Positions 45,595 to 55,007 of a stretch of 64,000 bases of DNA are shown piece after piece; the first letter of the stretch is position 1, and each line of letters begins with the position of its first letter. The translations under genes and the position numbers were made by a program. The notes under the pieces are model-generated. The model saw only the letters and a list, made by a program, of their open reading frames with translations, searched no databases and was not told the DNA's origin. Source of the stretch: Blastocatellia bacterium (lineage in GTDB: Bacteria > Acidobacteriota > Blastocatellia > UBA7656). Location of the stretch: assembly GCA_036277095.1 (NCBI GenBank), contig DASUNP010000004.1:115300-179299 (forward strand), written 5' to 3'.

Positions 45595-46440
45595 TCAGGC
45601 GGGTTGATCGATCACCGCTGCGTACTTATCGATAATAGGCAACACAGTCTCTCTATCTCCGGCTGGCACCAGGAAAATGACACGGTCCACGCCCGCCGTC
45701 GCAAGCTCATCTATTGCCGAGCGGTCAGGCATCACGCCGAAGATTGAGACGGAAATCGCTTTCGGGTCGCGGCCCGCCGCTTCGGCCCTGCGTCGCAGGT
45801 CTGCGATCTTCTCCGGTATGTTTGGAGAGCGCACGCCGATGGGCATCCACCCGTCACAGAATTCAATCACCCTGTCGAAAGTCGTAGGCCCATCGCCGCC
45901 CATCAAGATAGGCGGGTGCGGCTTCTGCGCGGGCTTTGGGTAGGACCATATCTTGTCGAAGTTCACGAACTCCCCGTGATATTCGGCTTCGTCCTTCGTC
46001 CAAATCTCTTTCATAGCCAGGATGCGCTCTCTCAAAATGCGCCAACGCTTCTTGAAAGGAGTGCCGTGGTTTTCCATCTCTTCTGCGTTCCACCCGCCGC
46101 CGATGCCGAACAGGAAGCGGCCATTCGATAATTGATCCAGGCTCGCAACTTCTTTCGCGGTAGTAATCGGGTCGCGCTCGACGATCAGGCAGATGCCGCT
46201 CGCGATCTTGAGTCGCTCGGTCGCCATTGCGGCAGCCGTCAGGGCTACGAACAGATCGTAAGTGTGCCAGTACTCTTTCGGCAGTTCAGGCCCGCCCGGC
46301 CAAGGGCTTCGGCGGCTAGCCGGTATGTGCGTGTGCTCGGGGAGCCACAGCGAATCGAAGCCGCGTTGCTCGACCTCGCGGGCGAGCTCATCGGGCCGAA
46401 TCGCGTAATCGGTCGCAAACATCGTGATGCCGTATAACAT
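45595..46440 (-). CDS. LLM-class (luciferase-like) flavin/F420-dependent oxidoreductase
   Basis: MLYGITMFATDYAIRPDELAREVEQRGFDSLWLPEH is the typical LLM N-terminus. Start trimmed to MLYGI. Confidence 0.8.
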   Translation of the reverse strand: MLYGITMFATDYAIRPDELAREVEQRGFDSLWLPEHTHIPASRRSPWPGGPELPKEYWHTYDLFVALTAAAMATERLKIASGICLIVERDPITTAKEVASLDQLSNGRFLFGIGGGWNAEEMENHGTPFKKRWRILRERILAMKEIWTKDEAEYHGEFVNFDKIWSYPKPAQKPHPPILMGGDGPTTFDRVIEFCDGWMPIGVRSPNIPEKIADLRRRAEAAGRDPKAISVSIFGVMPDRSAIDELATAGVDRVIFLVPAGDRETVLPIIDKYAAVIDQPA

Positions 46441-46467
46441 TTTCTTCTCCTTCTCTCTCAAAGCTAT

Positions 46468-47358
46468 TCAGCTCTCTTCTTTCTTGAAATGGAGTATGTC
46501 AAACAGGTCTCCCTTCCGCTCGTCGGACCAGACGGCCTGGACGCGCATCCCGCACCGGAGCGATTCGACCGGCTCCTCGATCAGGTGCGAGAAGTAAGTG
46601 CTCGCGCCGTCCAGAAGTATCAAGCCGTATGTGTAAGGCGGCTCGGTAGGCTGGCCGGGGAAGGGAAGATGAACTGTAGTAAATGTCTCAAGCACACCGT
46701 GGTCGCTCACCTCAACCCATTCTGTCGCCTCGACGAAACAGCGCGTGCAGATGCGCGCAGCCGGTACTGTAACCGACAAGCAGCGCGGGCATCGAGTCCC
46801 CATCAACCTTTTGTTGTCGCGAGACTCTTGAAAGAATCTTGAGAGAGCCTTTCCGTATGACCAGCGATAAGGAAGACTCACCTGACCCCTCACCTCTTTT
46901 AACGGCTGCGTAGTTGTCGCTTCTCTCTCAACGGTCGCATCTGCAAGAGGGACGAACTTGTCGATATCTAGTATGGTCCCTGAACGCTCTTCTTTGAACT
47001 TTGCCCGAACACGATCACCGGTTTTTAATCCCTCTTGCGCGAGATGGATCAGTTCGGTGTCTGCGCCGTCAAGTCTGACGAGCGCAAGCGTGTAAGGCGG
47101 CGGCAGCGGACTCCAGGGCAACTGGTAATGGACGGCTGAAGCGGCAATGATCTCGCCTTCGCCTGTAAGTTCCACCCACGCATCAAGCGGTTTGAAACAT
47201 TGACCGCAAACGTCTGTAGGCGGAACAAAGACTTTGTTGCACTCCGCGCATCTCGCGCCGACAATTCGGGCATTATCGCGCAACTCGGCGAGGAAGCGCC
47301 CGATCGCAGGCCCAGTTGTCCACTTGTAAGGAATTGTGATGTCGCCGTGTAAAATCAT
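46468..47358 (-). CDS. tandem DUF35 (Zn-ribbon + OB-fold) protein, thiolase-associated scaffold type
   Basis: Two repeats, each with a C4 zinc ribbon (CAECNKVFVPPTDVCGQC; CPRCLSVTVPAARICTRC) followed by an OB-fold region. DUF35 proteins are established partners of SCP-x-type thiolases and aldolases. Confidence 0.75.
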   Translation of the reverse strand: MILHGDITIPYKWTTGPAIGRFLAELRDNARIVGARCAECNKVFVPPTDVCGQCFKPLDAWVELTGEGEIIAASAVHYQLPWSPLPPPYTLALVRLDGADTELIHLAQEGLKTGDRVRAKFKEERSGTILDIDKFVPLADATVEREATTTQPLKEVRGQVSLPYRWSYGKALSRFFQESRDNKRLMGTRCPRCLSVTVPAARICTRCFVEATEWVEVSDHGVLETFTTVHLPFPGQPTEPPYTYGLILLDGASTYFSHLIEEPVESLRCGMRVQAVWSDERKGDLFDILHFKKEES

Positions 47359-47365
47359 AAACGTA

Positions 47366-48526
47366 TCAGTTCTTGTCTGTGCTCACGATCATCAAAGTGT
47401 GAAACTGAATCCCGCCGCCCCACCCGTGCGCGATGGCCGTCCGCGCCCCATCGATCTGATGCTGGCCCGCGCGCCCCATGACCTGCATGGCGGCTTCGGC
47501 CTGGCGCATCATCGCCGTCGCGCCGATCGTATTCGTAGACAAAACGCCCCCCGAAGGATTAACTGGTAAGTCCCCAGTCATCTCCGTAGCGCCTGATTCG
47601 ACGAGTTTTCCTCCCTCGCCACGCTCGCAAAAGAACATCGCTTCGGTCCACAGCATCTCCTGGAATGAGAAAGCCTCGTAAAGCTCTGCCACATCGATCT
47701 CGCGTCGCGGATCTGTGATGCCTGTCGTCTTGTAAACTTTCTTCGCAGCTTCCATCAACGCGAGCGGGTCGGCGAAGTTTCGACCGGCATAGTAAACGCC
47801 TTCGTTAAAGGTGGCCACCGCTTTTATCCATGCGGGCCGGTCGGCGTACTGTTCAGCCAGGCCCTCGCTCGCAATAACCATCGCGCAAGCGCCGTCGGAC
47901 GCCGGGCATGAGTCGAGCAGCTTTATCGGCGTCGACAACACCATAGAGTTCATCACCATCTCGACTGAGATGTTGGGAATGTGAAGCTGCGCGTAAGGAT
48001 TCAAGAGCGCGTTCTTCCGATTCTTGACGGCGACTAGCGCGGCCTGATGCTCGGTCACGCCGTACTTGTGCATGTACTGGCGCGCCTGGAGCGCGACGGC
48101 AGACGGCGCTCCGCACGCGAACTGGCGGCCAAGAATCGGGTCGTAAACAGTCGAGAGTCCCAATTGCACAGGGCTTTCTGAAAGCTTGTCACCCGTGACG
48201 GCTAGCACTGTGTCAAACATCCCGGCAGCAACGTAGTAAAAAGCGGCGATCCCCGTAGACGCGCCGACAGTCCCGCCCGTGTGAATGCGAATTTGAGGCT
48301 TTAAGAAAGCCCCTGAAGCGTCGGCGCACCACTGCTCAGGGTGGTTCACGCCTTCGAATAATTCGGGCGCGCTGCCGAAGACTACAGCGTCAACATCATC
48401 GATCGTTATCCCCGCGTCTTCAAGAGCACGAGTTGCGGCTTCGTAGATCAAGCCGGGGAAGCTCACGTCGTCGCGGCGCTCTTTGCACTTTGTCTGACCT
48501 GTGCCAACGATGGCTGCTCGTCTCAA
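47366..48526 (-). CDS. thiolase-like protein (SCP-x / nonspecific lipid-transfer-protein type)
   Basis: AIVGTGQTKC... N-terminus and overall thiolase fold. Active-site Cys region missing or altered, as in Ltp-type thiolases. Confidence 0.8.
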   Translation of the reverse strand: MRRAAIVGTGQTKCKERRDDVSFPGLIYEAATRALEDAGITIDDVDAVVFGSAPELFEGVNHPEQWCADASGAFLKPQIRIHTGGTVGASTGIAAFYYVAAGMFDTVLAVTGDKLSESPVQLGLSTVYDPILGRQFACGAPSAVALQARQYMHKYGVTEHQAALVAVKNRKNALLNPYAQLHIPNISVEMVMNSMVLSTPIKLLDSCPASDGACAMVIASEGLAEQYADRPAWIKAVATFNEGVYYAGRNFADPLALMEAAKKVYKTTGITDPRREIDVAELYEAFSFQEMLWTEAMFFCERGEGGKLVESGATEMTGDLPVNPSGGVLSTNTIGATAMMRQAEAAMQVMGRAGQHQIDGARTAIAHGWGGGIQFHTLMIVSTDKN

Positions 48527-48538
48527 GCTCCCCTCCGA

Positions 48539-49654
48539 TCAGGCTGACAACACATAGACGATATTCGATTGCAGGCAGAACCCCGATGTTGCGTGCGCGA
48601 CTGCATTTCCTCCGCGTTGCGAAATGCGATTGGCCGCTTCAGCAAGACGTATAAGACCTGTGGCAAAGATTGGATTGGCCGAGAGCGCTCCGCCGGATAG
48701 GTTTACGGGCAGGCGGCCATCTTCACGAGTCGCGCCGCTTTCGACCAGATGGCCGCCCTGGCCTTTTTCGCAGAAACCCAGAGCTTCGTAGATCATCAGC
48801 TCTTGAAACGAGAATGGCTCGTGAATCTCTGCGTAGGCAATCTCACGTTCAATGTCATGGATGTTTGCCATCTTGTAAGCACGCTCTGCGGCCTTGTGTG
48901 CCGAGCGTATCTCCGTCAAATCTCTATGGCCCGGATAAAAAGTGTCTGTCGAGAAACTGAGACCGCGAATCCATGCGGGCTTCATCTGAAAACGCTTCAC
49001 GGCATCTTCAGAGGCGAGCAGCAGAGCGCAGCAACCGTCGCTCACTGGCGACGCGTCGATCCGCTTGATCGGCGACGCAAGCAGAGGCGAGCGCATCACA
49101 TCTTCAACAGTGAGTTCGCCGCTAATCTGCGCGAACGGGTTCGAGAGGGCGTGCTTTCTATTCTTGATCGCGACGAGCGCGGCCTGCTCTTCTGTCACGT
49201 TGTAACGACTGAAGTAACACTGCGCCTGGAGCGCGGCGGCCGTGATCGCCTCGACGCCGAGCGGCCGAAGATAAAGCGGGTCGGCGATCATTCCTGAATA
49301 ATGCTGCGGCGAGCTGTCAGAGCCTTTGCTGTAAGCGTAAACAAGAGCCGTCTCGCATGCACCCGATGCGATTCGCATGAATGCGTACGATGCGGCGTAA
49401 GCGCCGTCGTCTTCGACCTTCGATTCTTCCTTCAGAAACGCTCCGGCGTACTCTGCTGTAAATACGTTTGAGATGCTCCGGCCGTCTAGCACGTCATCCC
49501 CGGCCCCTATGACCGCGTCCACGTCGCGGATGTCGAGCGAGACTTGATCCAGCAAACCGCGAACCGTCTCATAGATGATGTCTTCGACGTTTTGATCTGC
49601 GTTCCGCCGCTGGTGTCTCGACTGGCTTGAGCCGATTATGGCTACGCGCTGCAT
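48539..49654 (-). CDS. thiolase-like protein (SCP-x type), second copy
   Basis: MQRVAIIGSSQS... thiolase fold. Start trimmed to the ATG at 49654, which lies 7 nt downstream of the acyl-CoA dehydrogenase stop. Confidence 0.8.
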   Translation of the reverse strand: MQRVAIIGSSQSRHQRRNADQNVEDIIYETVRGLLDQVSLDIRDVDAVIGAGDDVLDGRSISNVFTAEYAGAFLKEESKVEDDGAYAASYAFMRIASGACETALVYAYSKGSDSSPQHYSGMIADPLYLRPLGVEAITAAALQAQCYFSRYNVTEEQAALVAIKNRKHALSNPFAQISGELTVEDVMRSPLLASPIKRIDASPVSDGCCALLLASEDAVKRFQMKPAWIRGLSFSTDTFYPGHRDLTEIRSAHKAAERAYKMANIHDIEREIAYAEIHEPFSFQELMIYEALGFCEKGQGGHLVESGATREDGRLPVNLSGGALSANPIFATGLIRLAEAANRISQRGGNAVAHATSGFCLQSNIVYVLSA

Positions 49655-49661
49655 ACTCTTT

Positions 49662-50831
49662 TTATCTGCCTTGTTTGAGGAATGATTTGATGAGCTCGTT
49701 GGCGATAACCATCTTCTGCACTTCGGACGTGCCCGCTCCGATCGTGCCGAGCCGCGCGTCACGATAGAAACGCTCGACAGGGTACTCGTGAATATAACCG
49801 TAGCCGCCGAAGACCTGGACCGCTTCATACGAGACGCGAACAGCGGCCTCCGTAGCCCAGAGCTTTGCGATGGCGGCCTCCATCATCGCCGATCTGCCCT
49901 GCTGTTTTAGCCACGCCACGCGGTAGACCAGCAGCCGCGCCGCTTCGACGGCGATCTTCATCTCGACAAGCTTTCGCTGTATGGCCTGGAACTCGGCTAT
50001 GGGCCGGCCAAACTGGTGGCGCTCCTTCGCGTACCTGGTTGAAACCTCTAGCATGAATTCCATGCCGCCAATTATGGGAGCGATCATGCAGCTGCGCTCC
50101 CACTCAAGCGTCTCTTTGCCTACGGCGATGAAGCCGAGGTCGGCGGGGCCTAGCAGGTTTTCGGCAGGCACTTCGCAATTGTCAAACGCGATCTCGGAAG
50201 TGACCGAAGTCCGATTGCCCATCTTCACAAGGTCCTTGCCTGACGAGAAGCCCGGGAAGTCGCGCTCGACTATGAATGTCGAGATGCCGCGATTGCCCGC
50301 GCCTTTGGCGGTCGAGGCGAATACGATGAAGATATTTGCGATCGGCGCGTTCGTGATAAACATCTTCGAGCCGTTGAGTATCCAGCGGTCGCCGCGCCGC
50401 TCAGCCGTCGTCTTCAACCCCGCTGCGTCAGAGCCTGACCCCGGCTCTGTCAATCCGAACGCGCCGACCCATTCGCCCGAACAGAGCTTTGGCAGGTATT
50501 TTTGCTTCTGCTCTGAAGTGCCTAGAAGCCAGATCGGGAGCCCGCAGAGAATCGTGTGCGCGCCCCAGGCCAGTGTCGTCCCGGCGTCTACGCCTGCGGC
50601 GCCCATAGCCTCCATCGCTATGCAGGTGGCGAGAGGCGATGCTTCGCTGCCGCCGTATTTTTCGGGGAAGGGCAGGCCGAGCAATCCCATCCCCGCGACT
50701 TCGCGCCAGTTCTCCCAACTGAACTCTCCGCGCGCATCAAGCTCTTCGGCGCGAGGCGCGAGCCGTTCTTTAGAGAAGCGATAAACAGCTTCCTTGAAAT
50801 CGAGATACTCTTGTGGGATTGAGAAGTCCAT
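49662..50831 (-). CDS. acyl-CoA dehydrogenase
   Basis: ACAD motifs GAFGLTEPGSGSDAAG, YASTAKGAGNRGISTF and C-terminal QVFGGYGY. Start trimmed to MDFSIPQEY. Confidence 0.85.
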   Translation of the reverse strand: MDFSIPQEYLDFKEAVYRFSKERLAPRAEELDARGEFSWENWREVAGMGLLGLPFPEKYGGSEASPLATCIAMEAMGAAGVDAGTTLAWGAHTILCGLPIWLLGTSEQKQKYLPKLCSGEWVGAFGLTEPGSGSDAAGLKTTAERRGDRWILNGSKMFITNAPIANIFIVFASTAKGAGNRGISTFIVERDFPGFSSGKDLVKMGNRTSVTSEIAFDNCEVPAENLLGPADLGFIAVGKETLEWERSCMIAPIIGGMEFMLEVSTRYAKERHQFGRPIAEFQAIQRKLVEMKIAVEAARLLVYRVAWLKQQGRSAMMEAAIAKLWATEAAVRVSYEAVQVFGGYGYIHEYPVERFYRDARLGTIGAGTSEVQKMVIANELIKSFLKQGR

Positions 50832-50880
50832 CCGGAGCGGCAAGATTAGCACAAACCGCAGAGGCGTTCCAAATACCAGG

Positions 50881-50910
50881 AAGATTATTAAACTGAAGAT
50901 TATTAAACTG
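50881..50910. repeat. perfect tandem direct repeat, 2 x 15 bp (AAGATTATTAAACTG)
   Basis: aagattattaaactg aagattattaaactg. It overlaps the stop of the 137-aa ORF and lies about 30-50 nt upstream of the acyl-CoA dehydrogenase start (minus strand). AT-rich in a GC-rich context. Confidence 0.7.
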
Positions 50911-51316
50911 TGGTATTGCCCGTGTACTCTGGGTCCAGTTCAGTGGCGGGCGCTCCGAGGTGGTCAGCCGCGCGCAAGACGAGACTGTTATCAACGTAGA
51001 AAGATAAACGAGCGGAGCGGTTGTGTTTGACCGGCGCTCCGCACACGCGCAGGTTATAACCCGCGAGCTCGAGCGTGATCTTATAACCCTGGCAATGCGG
51101 GACCATGATCTTTTTGAAATCCAGGACGCCCGAGCCCTGGCGCAGCGCATCTTCAATGTTGCTCTTGACGACGCGGGCAAAGCTCCAGAGCGCGACCGCT
51201 GTGTTGTACTCGTTTTCAGCCATGCGGGCTTCGCGCATCGCAAGCATCCGCTTGTAGACGTGCAGATCGAGCGCGATCAGGAATACTGCCGCAAGAGTTA
51301 TCAGAATAATTGACAT
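50903..51316 (-). CDS. hypothetical protein with N-terminal TM anchor (137 aa)
   Basis: MSIILITLAAVFLIALDLHV is a single N-terminal TM helix. No recognisable domain. Confidence 0.4.
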   Translation of the reverse strand: MSIILITLAAVFLIALDLHVYKRMLAMREARMAENEYNTAVALWSFARVVKSNIEDALRQGSGVLDFKKIMVPHCQGYKITLELAGYNLRVCGAPVKHNRSARLSFYVDNSLVLRAADHLGAPATELDPEYTGNTTV

Positions 51317-51479
51317 TCGGGTAGTCGTCCCGGTTGTCGAGAAGCCTCAGATTTCAGGGCGGGGTTTCCGCAAAGGGAAACCCCCACCACGGGGCTTCTC
51401 CCACGAGGAAGGGGGTCCTCGGCCGCTATCTTATAAGCATGTGACCTCTAAAGCAAGCTGTACTCGGCCTGAAAATCGG

Positions 51480-51749
51480 TTAAATGAACTCAGGAATCTT
51501 CTGCGCGACGAAAAGCTTATCGCCGTATTTGACAAAGAACTCGTCTTCGTCAGGCTCAGAATTATTCGTGATCCTCAGCGGAATCCCGTACCCCTCCTGT
51601 TTGAGGTCGGGCGGCCTCGTGACAAGCAGCAGAATCTCAACTCCGGGCTTTAGCTCGACATTCTCATCAACAACGATATCGTACTGATTTCGTTGGTCAG
51701 CCGCCTGCTGGTCCGCGCGGCCCGCCTCTACGCCTTTAAGCTCGATCAT
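51480..51749 (-). CDS. hypothetical small acidic protein (89 aa)
   Basis: Intact ORF. No motif recognised. Confidence 0.3.
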   Translation of the reverse strand: MIELKGVEAGRADQQAADQRNQYDIVVDENVELKPGVEILLLVTRPPDLKQEGYGIPLRITNNSEPDEDEFFVKYGDKLFVAQKIPEFI

Positions 51750-51899
51750 AGGTTCGCCTCCCCCTTACCAAACTTTAGTCGAACCGTTTTCAATGCACAA
51801 ACCCATCCACTGACTCATCGATACTACCTGTCAGGCTTTCTTACTAACTCCCCACTATGACGGGAATTCCCGTCCCTAATTCCGCTTCCCCTTTGCGCG

Positions 51900-51908
51900 T
51901 GCTAAAAT
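51900..51908 (+). promoter_or_regulatory. candidate extended -10 element (TGcTAAAAT) upstream of the SbcC-like gene
   Basis: tgctaaaat lies about 45 nt upstream of the ATG at 51954. Only a weak -35 is present, so this is speculative. Confidence 0.3.
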
Positions 51909-51953
51909 CATTTAGAGAAAACATTCCTCACGTCCTTGCTAAGGTTGAAAGAG

Positions 51954-54900
51954 ATGCTGATTACCAGAGTAGAGCTGGATAAGATAAAGAATTACGAAGC
52001 GGGCAGTTTCGAGTTTGCGCCGGGAATCACCGCTATAAGCGGGCCTAACGGCGCGGGCAAGACCACTATTCTCGAAGCCATCTCGTGGGCGCTGTTCGAT
52101 CAGCTCGCTTACAAAAAAGAGGACTTTCTCAAACGCGGGGCGAAGAAAGGCTCGGTCCGTGTAACATTCGTTTCAGCGCTCGACGGGCGCGAGTACACCG
52201 TCTACCGCGACACAGGGACGGGCTATTACATCTATGACCCTGTGACGAAGCTCCGTCTGGTCGAGCAAAAAAACCAGGTCGCCATCTGGCTCCGCCAACA
52301 CCTCGGCGTCGAGCCGGGGGCCGACCTCAAGAGCCTCTTCACATCGACGATAGGCGTTCCGCAAGGCACTTTTACCGTCGACTTTGCCGAGCAGCCGTCA
52401 AAGCGCAAGCCCGGGTTCGACAAGGTGCTGAGGGTCGACGAGTACCAGCGATCTTCCGAAGAGTTGAAGGCGCTGATACGACTCGTCGAGTCGAAAGATG
52501 TAGAGCTGCGGGAGCAGATCGCGGCGCTTGGCGTTGAAGTCGCCGCGCTCGATGGGCTGATCGATGAGCGAGCGGCAGTTGAAACGGCTATCGAGGAGTT
52601 GCGGCGCGACCTCGACAGCACGGAGCGCGAGCGCGAGCTTACCCGGTCAGAATTACTGAGACTCGATCAATTGCAGAGGAAGATCGAACAGGTCGACCGG
52701 GACCTGGCCGCTTTGAGATCGAGGTCGGAAGAGGTTGAACGACGCAGGGCCGCGCTCGCCGGCGATGTTGAAAAATCGCGTCTTGCCTCGGAGATCGTCC
52801 GCGCCACGGCCGCAGGTTTTGAGAATTACACTCAGGCTAATACTCGCCTAGCAACTTTAGAGGAGCATGTGGTTAAAAGAGATCAAGTAAAGCGAGACTC
52901 TGCGGAAAAAGAGAGAGAGCTTTACCGGATCGAGACGACTTCGCAGGCCGTAACGGAAAAGCTGAGCCAGATTGACGCCGACCGAAAAGAGATTGAACGG
53001 CTTGCGCCGCTGATCGAGGAACAGGCGCGGCTTGAGGCGCGCGCGACTGAGTTGCAGACCTCGATCGCAGAGCTAACTGCCATCGCCGAACAGATCCAAT
53101 CTGCCGAGCGCGAGCTTGAATCATCGCGCGGAGAATACCAGGACATCTCTAAGCGCATAAAAGAGGCGGAGAAGCTGCGAGAGCAGGCCGAGCGCGCGCC
53201 TCAGCTTGAAGAGGGTAGAAGGAATCTGGAAGCCGAGCTTCGAGAGATGCGCGTAGCGCTCGAACGCCTCAGCGAGCGAAAAAAAGAGTTGAGGCGGGCG
53301 CAGGCGGACATCGCGAAGATCAGCGCGGAGATAAAGACTCTCGAAAAAGAGATGCAAGCCGGACTGGAGGCTGAGACGGCGGCGGCGCGGCTTACAGAGC
53401 TTGAGGCAGAGGATCAAGCTACGATGGAAGAGATCGCGACTCTGCGGGCCAGCGTTGAGCGCGAGAAAAAGATTCTTTCACAGATCAAGGGAGGACTCTG
53501 CCCGCTGCTTTCCGAAAAGTGCCTGAACATGAAAGAGGGACAGGGGCTGGACCAGCATTTTCGGGTTCAGATAGGCACGGAAAGCGGAAGGCTGACCGAA
53601 GCAGAGCGGCGGCGTAAAGAGATTCAGCGCAAGCTTGCCGACGCCAAGGCCGCGCTGAAGACCTCTTATGCGGTTGAGACGCACCGCGTCCATTATTCCA
53701 GGTACGTCCAGGAGCTAGAGATCGGGCGCGCGAGCGCTGCGCGGCTGGAAGCCGAGATAGGCGGGGCGACGGCCAGCGAGCAAGAATTACGATTGGCCGA
53801 AGGTCGTCTCGTAAAACTTGAGCAGGAATTACAATCGGCGCAACAGGCGCGCGTGAAATACGAAAGCCTCGACGTGCTCCGCCAGCGTCTTGATCGTCTG
53901 AAGACCGAAGGGACCGAGCGCAAAAAAAATGTCGAAGAGTTGAAAACGCGCGTCGCGGCAATAACGGAATTGAGAGATGAGCTGAGCCGGATAATAGAGC
54001 GGCTCAAGACGATTGACGACCCGCGAGGGCGCGCGCGCTTGCTGCGCGCGGGGCTTGAAAAGGAGCCTGAATTAAGAGAGTCGCTGAAGGCGCTTGAAAC
54101 ACAGCAGCAATCGCTCGCTCGTACGCTCGAAGAGCTGGCGTCGCAGTTAGAAGGCTATCGGGACCTCGACGAACAGATCGCGACAGAGCGCGAGCGGCGC
54201 GCACGCTCCGAAAGCGATTATCGTGCCTTCATCGAAAACCAGCCGGTCGCCGCGATGCTCGAATCTCGTCAGGCCGAGTTGGACGAAGTTTCCCGCGAGC
54301 ATCAGAAGAATGCGCGCCAGATAGAAGAATGGACAGTCGAACTCAACCAGGCCCGAATGGAGTACGACCGTGAGCTTCACCAAACGCTCGCAATCCGGTT
54401 TGAGCAACTGCTACAGCGCGTAGCCACGCTTAATTCGGAATTGAACGCCGCGCTCGCCAGGATAAAAGAGCTTGTCACAGAGATTGACAGGCTCACCGCC
54501 GCCAGAGAGCGGCTGAGAAGTTTAGAAGCCCGACGGGATCGATACAATCAGGTTCTCGCTCTTTCGGACTTTATCCGCGACGTTCTGAAAAAAGCTGTAC
54601 CGTACATCACAGAGGCTCACCTGCAATCGATATCGATCGAAGCGAACCAGCTTTATCGCGATATAACCGGCAACCCGATGGTCTCGCTCAGGTGGGACCC
54701 GGGTTACGAGATCATGTTGGAAGAAGAGGGTCACGAAAGGGCTTTTGCAAGCCTGTCGGGCGGCGAGCAGATGGCCGCCGCTTTAGCCGTGAGGCTCGCG
54801 CTTCTGAAAGAGCTCTCTGATTTGCGGATAGCCTTTTTCGACGAGCCGACAACGAACATGGACGAGGAGCGCCGCCGCAATCTCGCGCAGCAGATTGGGA

Positions 54901-55004
54901 GGATTAAGGATTTCGACCAGCTCTTCGTCATAAGCCACGACGACGCGTTTGAAGGCTTCACAGATCAGATTGTAACGGTCACAGGCCGAGCGGAAGGGGT
55001 TTAA
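51954..55004 (+). CDS. SbcC/Rad50-like SMC-family ATPase (1016 aa) with a long coiled coil and a central Cys hook-like motif
   Basis: Walker A ISGPNGAGKTT. About 800 aa of coiled coil with a central CPLLSEKC. ABC signature LSGGEQMAAALAVRLAL, Walker B IAFFDEPTTNMD, H-loop FVISHD. The track ORF starts at a TTG (51936); the first ATG is at 51954. No sbcD/mre11 gene is adjacent. Confidence 0.8.
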   Translation: MLITRVELDKIKNYEAGSFEFAPGITAISGPNGAGKTTILEAISWALFDQLAYKKEDFLKRGAKKGSVRVTFVSALDGREYTVYRDTGTGYYIYDPVTKLRLVEQKNQVAIWLRQHLGVEPGADLKSLFTSTIGVPQGTFTVDFAEQPSKRKPGFDKVLRVDEYQRSSEELKALIRLVESKDVELREQIAALGVEVAALDGLIDERAAVETAIEELRRDLDSTERERELTRSELLRLDQLQRKIEQVDRDLAALRSRSEEVERRRAALAGDVEKSRLASEIVRATAAGFENYTQANTRLATLEEHVVKRDQVKRDSAEKERELYRIETTSQAVTEKLSQIDADRKEIERLAPLIEEQARLEARATELQTSIAELTAIAEQIQSAERELESSRGEYQDISKRIKEAEKLREQAERAPQLEEGRRNLEAELREMRVALERLSERKKELRRAQADIAKISAEIKTLEKEMQAGLEAETAAARLTELEAEDQATMEEIATLRASVEREKKILSQIKGGLCPLLSEKCLNMKEGQGLDQHFRVQIGTESGRLTEAERRRKEIQRKLADAKAALKTSYAVETHRVHYSRYVQELEIGRASAARLEAEIGGATASEQELRLAEGRLVKLEQELQSAQQARVKYESLDVLRQRLDRLKTEGTERKKNVEELKTRVAAITELRDELSRIIERLKTIDDPRGRARLLRAGLEKEPELRESLKALETQQQSLARTLEELASQLEGYRDLDEQIATERERRARSESDYRAFIENQPVAAMLESRQAELDEVSREHQKNARQIEEWTVELNQARMEYDRELHQTLAIRFEQLLQRVATLNSELNAALARIKELVTEIDRLTAARERLRSLEARRDRYNQVLALSDFIRDVLKKAVPYITEAHLQSISIEANQLYRDITGNPMVSLRWDPGYEIMLEEEGHERAFASLSGGEQMAAALAVRLALLKELSDLRIAFFDEPTTNMDEERRRNLAQQIGRIKDFDQLFVISHDDAFEGFTDQIVTVTGRAEGV

Positions 55005-55007
55005 CGG

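Noticed and set aside
51350-51420. GC-rich hairpins (ggggtttcc-gcaaa-gggaaacccc; cgagga-aggggg-tcctcg) as intrinsic terminators or a small RNA
   Set aside because: Stable stems are present but no U-tract follows on either strand. There is not enough evidence to call a terminator or an ncRNA gene.
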